Assembly: GCA_964543615.1 (NCBI GenBank)
Contig: CAZIZD010000002.1
Location: forward strand, 1-35,254
Source of the DNA: an uncultured Alcaligenaceae bacterium
GTDB taxonomy: Bacteria > Pseudomonadota > Gammaproteobacteria > Burkholderiales > Casimicrobiaceae
Direction of reading: 5' to 3'
DNA length: 35,254 bases
In this document: positions 31,689 through 35,254 of the stretch, piece by piece
How positions within the stretch are numbered: position 1 is the first letter of the stretch
Layout of the letters: every line of letters starts with the position of its first letter
Notes under the pieces: model-generated
The model's database searches: none
The model's input: the letters and a program-made list of their open reading frames with translations, nothing else
What the model was told of the DNA's origin: nothing
Made by a program: the position numbers and the translations under genes

Positions 31689-32765
31689 TCAATGTGGAAA
31701 CGGCCACAACCGCAGCTTCTCCTTGCCGATCTGCCACAACCGCGCGAGCCCATGGGGCTCGACGATCAGGAAGAAAATGATCAGTCCTCCGAACACCATG
31801 AGCTCGAGATTGCTGATGATGCTCTCGTTGATGTGCAGCCCGAGAAGCGAATCGACGAAGCGGACGGTCACCGACAGGATCACCGGCATCAAGGTGACGA
31901 ACGCAGCGCCCAGGAACGAGCCGAGGACCGTGCCCACGCCGCCGATGATGACCATGAACAGGATGCGGAAGGAGAGGTCGAGGTTGAACGCCTCGGGCTC
32001 CACGGTGCCCAGGAACGCGTACGCGAACAGCGCGCCGGCCACGCCGCAATAGAACGAGCTCACCGCGAAGGCGAGGAGCTTGGCGCGCATGAGGCGGATG
32101 CCGATCACCTCGGCGGCGACGTCCATGTCACGCACGGCCATCCACTGCCGTCCGACGTTGCCGCGCGCCATGTTCTTGGCGGCGAGCGCCAAGAGCGACA
32201 CGATCGACAGCACGAGCAGATACTTGGCCGCCGGCGCCGCGAACGTGTAGCCCAGGATCACGATCGGCTGCGCAGTGATGACGCCGGAAGTCGAGTAGTT
32301 GGTGATCCAGCCGACCCGCGTGAGGAACCACACGATGAAGAACTGTGCGGCAAGCGTGGCCACCGCGAGGTACAGGCCGCGGATGCGCAGGCTCGGCAGC
32401 CCGAACAGGATGCCGACCAGCGCCGCGACCACGCCTGAGAGCGCGAACGCGAGGAGGATCGGCATGTAGGGCACGCGCAGCATGAAGTTGTACGTCGCGA
32501 ACGCGCCGATGGCCATGAACGCGGCGGTGCCGAGCGAAAGCTGGCCAGCGTAGCCCGTCAGGATGTTGAGCCCCAGCGCCGCCAGCGCGAGGATCAGGAA
32601 CGGGATGAGGATGCCCGTGAACAGGTAAGGCGTCGCGACGAAGGGCACGACGGCGAACGCGATCACGAGGACGACGGCGATCGCGATCCTGTCCTGCAGG
32701 ATCGGGAATATCGCAGCGTCCTTCTCGTAGGACGTCTTGAACTGGCCGGCTTCGCGATAGAGCAT
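31689..32765 (-). CDS. Liv-type ABC transporter permease (LivM-like)
   Basis: GLNILTGYAGQLSLG, GLPSLRIRGLYLAVATLA and EPHGLA. Confidence 0.92.
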   Translation of the reverse strand: MLYREAGQFKTSYEKDAAIFPILQDRIAIAVVLVIAFAVVPFVATPYLFTGILIPFLILALAALGLNILTGYAGQLSLGTAAFMAIGAFATYNFMLRVPYMPILLAFALSGVVAALVGILFGLPSLRIRGLYLAVATLAAQFFIVWFLTRVGWITNYSTSGVITAQPIVILGYTFAAPAAKYLLVLSIVSLLALAAKNMARGNVGRQWMAVRDMDVAAEVIGIRLMRAKLLAFAVSSFYCGVAGALFAYAFLGTVEPEAFNLDLSFRILFMVIIGGVGTVLGSFLGAAFVTLMPVILSVTVRFVDSLLGLHINESIISNLELMVFGGLIIFFLIVEPHGLARLWQIGKEKLRLWPFPH

Positions 32766-32768
32766 CTT

Positions 32769-33662
32769 CTAGATCCGCCTGATGATCTTCTCGCCGAACA
32801 GCCCTTCCGGCCGCACGAGGAGGAAGAGGAGCGCGAGCACGTACGGGAACCAGCCCTCGATGCCGCCACCCACCAGCGGGCCGAGGTAGACCTCCGCGAG
32901 CTTCTCGGTGGCCCCGATGATGAGGCCCCCGACGATCGCGCCGGGGATCGACTCGAAGCCGCCCAGGATCAGCACGGGCAGCGCCTTCAGGGCGACGAAC
33001 GTGAGCGCGTACTGCACGCCGTTGCGCGCGCCCCACAGCATTCCGGCGACCAGCGCAACCGCGCCGGCCACGCCCCACACGATGGCCCAGATCTGTTGCA
33101 GGGGAATGCCTACGGCCAGTGCCGCCTGATGGTCGTCGGCGACCGCCCGCAGCGCCCGCCCGATGCGCGTGCGGCTGAAGAAGAGCGCGAGGCCGGTCAC
33201 CAGCAGGGCGGCGACACCCGCGGCCACGAGGTCGAAGCGGGACACGTTGATGCCGGTTGCATCCATGAGCCAGGCAATGGGCTCGTCCTGCACGCCGAGC
33301 TCCAGCGCCCGGACGTTGGCGCCCCACATCATCTGCGCCGCACCCTCGATGAAGAAGGTGAGGCCGATGGTAGCCATGAGGAGCGTGATCTGCGGCTGGT
33401 TCACGAGCGGGCGCAGCACGAGGCGCTCGGTGAGGAGGCCGACGAACACCATCACGACCAGTGTCGCCGGCACCGACAGCCACCACGGCAGACCGACCTC
33501 CAGCAGCCCTACGTACGTGAGCGCCGCGAAGAACACCATCGCGCCCTGCGCGAAGTTGAACACGCCCGACGCCTTGTAGATCAGCACGAAGCCGAGCGCG
33601 ACCAGCGAGTACATGACCCCCGAGAGCAGGCCGCCGATGAGGACTTCGAAGAAGAAGGACAT
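32769..33662 (-). CDS. Liv-type ABC transporter permease (LivH-like)
   Basis: YSLVALGFVLIYKASGVFNFAQG, GRALRAVA and RPEGLFG. Confidence 0.92.
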   Translation of the reverse strand: MSFFFEVLIGGLLSGVMYSLVALGFVLIYKASGVFNFAQGAMVFFAALTYVGLLEVGLPWWLSVPATLVVMVFVGLLTERLVLRPLVNQPQITLLMATIGLTFFIEGAAQMMWGANVRALELGVQDEPIAWLMDATGINVSRFDLVAAGVAALLVTGLALFFSRTRIGRALRAVADDHQAALAVGIPLQQIWAIVWGVAGAVALVAGMLWGARNGVQYALTFVALKALPVLILGGFESIPGAIVGGLIIGATEKLAEVYLGPLVGGGIEGWFPYVLALLFLLVRPEGLFGEKIIRRI

Positions 33663-34447
33663 CAGTGCGCCACTCCGAGGTAGGCGTCGATCACCGCCTG
33701 GTTGCTGCGGATATCGTCCGGCGGGCCGTCACCGATCTTCTTGCCGTAGTCGAGCACGACGACGCGGTCGGAGATGTCCATCACCACGCCCATGTCATGC
33801 TCGATCAGCACGATCGTCGTTCCGTACTGCTCGTTGACGTCGAGCACGAAGCGGCACATGTCCTGCTTCTCCTCGACGTTCATGCCCGCCATCGGCTCGT
33901 CGAGGAGCAGCATTGACGGCTCTGCCGCCAGGGCCCGCGCGAGCTCGACGCGCTTCTGCAATCCGTACGGCAGCCGTCCGACCGGGGTCTTGCGGATGTG
34001 CTGGATCTCGAGAAAGTCGATCACCTCCTCGACCTTGCGCCGGTTCTCCATCTCCTCGCGCTTCGCGGGGCCCACCCACAGCGCCTGGGCGAGGAAGCCC
34101 GACTTCATCTTGAGATTGCGTCCCGTCATGATGTTGTCGAGCACGCTCATGCCGCGGAACAGCGCGATGTTCTGGAAGGTGCGCGCGATGCCGCTGGCCG
34201 CGGCCGCGTAGGTGTCCATGTCGCGACGCACGTCGCCGCGATAGGTGATGGTGCCCTGCTGCGGACGGTAGACGCCGTTGATCACGTTGAGCATCGAGCT
34301 CTTGCCGGCGCCGTTGGGACCGATGATCGCGCGGATCTCGTGCTCGCGCACGTCGAAGCTGATGTCGGTCAGCGCCTTCACGCCCCCGAACGCCAACGAG
34401 ATGTTGTCCAGGGAAAGGATTACGTCGCCGATGCTTCTCTCGCCCAT
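33662..34447 (-). CDS. Liv-type ABC transporter ATP-binding protein (LivG-like)
   Basis: FGGVKAL, GPNGAGKSS, LPYGLQKRVELARAL, LDEPMAG and EHDM. Start trimmed to ATG 34447 (GAGG SD). Confidence 0.92.
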   Translation of the reverse strand: MGERSIGDVILSLDNISLAFGGVKALTDISFDVREHEIRAIIGPNGAGKSSMLNVINGVYRPQQGTITYRGDVRRDMDTYAAAASGIARTFQNIALFRGMSVLDNIMTGRNLKMKSGFLAQALWVGPAKREEMENRRKVEEVIDFLEIQHIRKTPVGRLPYGLQKRVELARALAAEPSMLLLDEPMAGMNVEEKQDMCRFVLDVNEQYGTTIVLIEHDMGVVMDISDRVVVLDYGKKIGDGPPDDIRSNQAVIDAYLGVAH

Positions 34448-34458
34448 TCCGCCTCGTC

Positions 34459-35254
34459 CTAGGCCGCGTGCGCGCGCATCGGCGCGAACGTCTTGGCGTC
34501 GGCGATCACGAGGTCCGCCGCCACCATGTTGCTGCGCCCGTCCTCGAACCGCACGAGCGTCTCGATGTGCTGCCGCGCGCGGCCTTCGTACAGCGCGTCG
34601 ATGAGCACCGCGTACTTCTCGGCCACGAAGCCGCGCCGCACCTTGCGCGTGCGCGTGAGCTCCTCGTCGTCCGGATCGAGCTCCTTGTGCAGGATGAGGA
34701 AACGGTGCACCTGGGAGTGTGCGAGGTCGCCCTCGGCCGCGAGTTCGGCGTTGGCGTTCTCCACGCACTCGCGGATGAGCTCGTACACCTCGGGCTTCTG
34801 CGCGAGATCGGTGTACCCCGAGTACGGGATGCCGCGCCGCTCGGCCCAGTTGCCCACCGAGCCCATGTCGATGTTGATGAACGCGCACACGCGATCGCGG
34901 CTGTCGCCGAACGCGACGGCCTCCTTCACGTGGGGCGAGAACTTGAGCTTGTTCTCGATGTAGTTGGGCGCAAACATGGCGCCGTTCCACAGCTTGCCCA
35001 CGTCCTTCGCGCGGTCGATGATCTTGAGCTGTCCGCCGGGCTCGAAGAATCCGGCGTCGCCCGTGTGGAACCAGCCTTCGGCGTCGATCGACTCGGCGGT
35101 GGCGTCGGGACGCTTGTAGTACTCCTTGAGGAGCATGGGTCCGCGCACGAGGACTTCGCCGTTGTCCGCGATCTTCATCTCGACGCGCGGCGCGGGCAGG
35201 CCCACTGCATCGAGCTTCACCTCGTCGTCGGGCTGCAGGCAAACGTAGGCGCAG
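34459..35254 (-). CDS. Long-chain fatty acid-CoA ligase (AMP-binding), C-terminal part; the start is beyond the right edge
   Basis: GEVLVRG, GWFHTGDAG, LKIIDRAKD and ELTRTRKVRR. Confidence 0.9.
   Translation of the reverse strand, partial: CAYVCLQPDDEVKLDAVGLPAPRVEMKIADNGEVLVRGPMLLKEYYKRPDATAESIDAEGWFHTGDAGFFEPGGQLKIIDRAKDVGKLWNGAMFAPNYIENKLKFSPHVKEAVAFGDSRDRVCAFINIDMGSVGNWAERRGIPYSGYTDLAQKPEVYELIRECVENANAELAAEGDLAHSQVHRFLILHKELDPDDEELTRTRKVRRGFVAEKYAVLIDALYEGRARQHIETLVRFEDGRSNMVAADLVIADAKTFAPMRAHAA

Overview
A GC-rich, betaproteobacterial-looking chromosomal window (taxon inferred from gene content, not verified) with 34 supported CDSs, one tRNA-Gly(CCC) and a TPP riboswitch. Gene order: partial EamA transporter; alaX; DsrE-family protein; LarA-family enzyme; membrane-anchored zinc-ribbon protein; a PepSY gene converging on an SHP (DUF1924)-diheme cytochrome c-cytochrome b-QseBC-like operon; tRNA-Gly; a zinc-ribbon/adenylate cyclase/STAND ATPase/TPR protein; TPP riboswitch-thiC; two tandem paralogous secreted fibre genes; NYN-LOTUS protein; the AmmeMemoRadiSam trio; yceH; yidB; rhodanese; uppP; EamA; gabD; a small membrane protein; Crp/Fnr regulator; and an acyl-CoA ligase/Liv-type ABC/PaaK-like operon. 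Two things stand out. (1) The tandem fibre proteins have a signal peptide, a single SLH-like domain, three Cys-containing ~58-aa repeats, a variable 17-aa repeat stack and a peptidase S74 self-cleaving chaperone, with no phage context and no beta-barrel anchor. (2) A 20-bp operator-like motif (17/20 identical) lies upstream of both transcription units of the SHP-DHC-cytochrome b/PepSY module, whose kinase carries RExxE motifs suggestive of Fe(II) sensing. No integrase, transposase or CRISPR array was seen. All family assignments come from manual motif recognition; no database searches were run.
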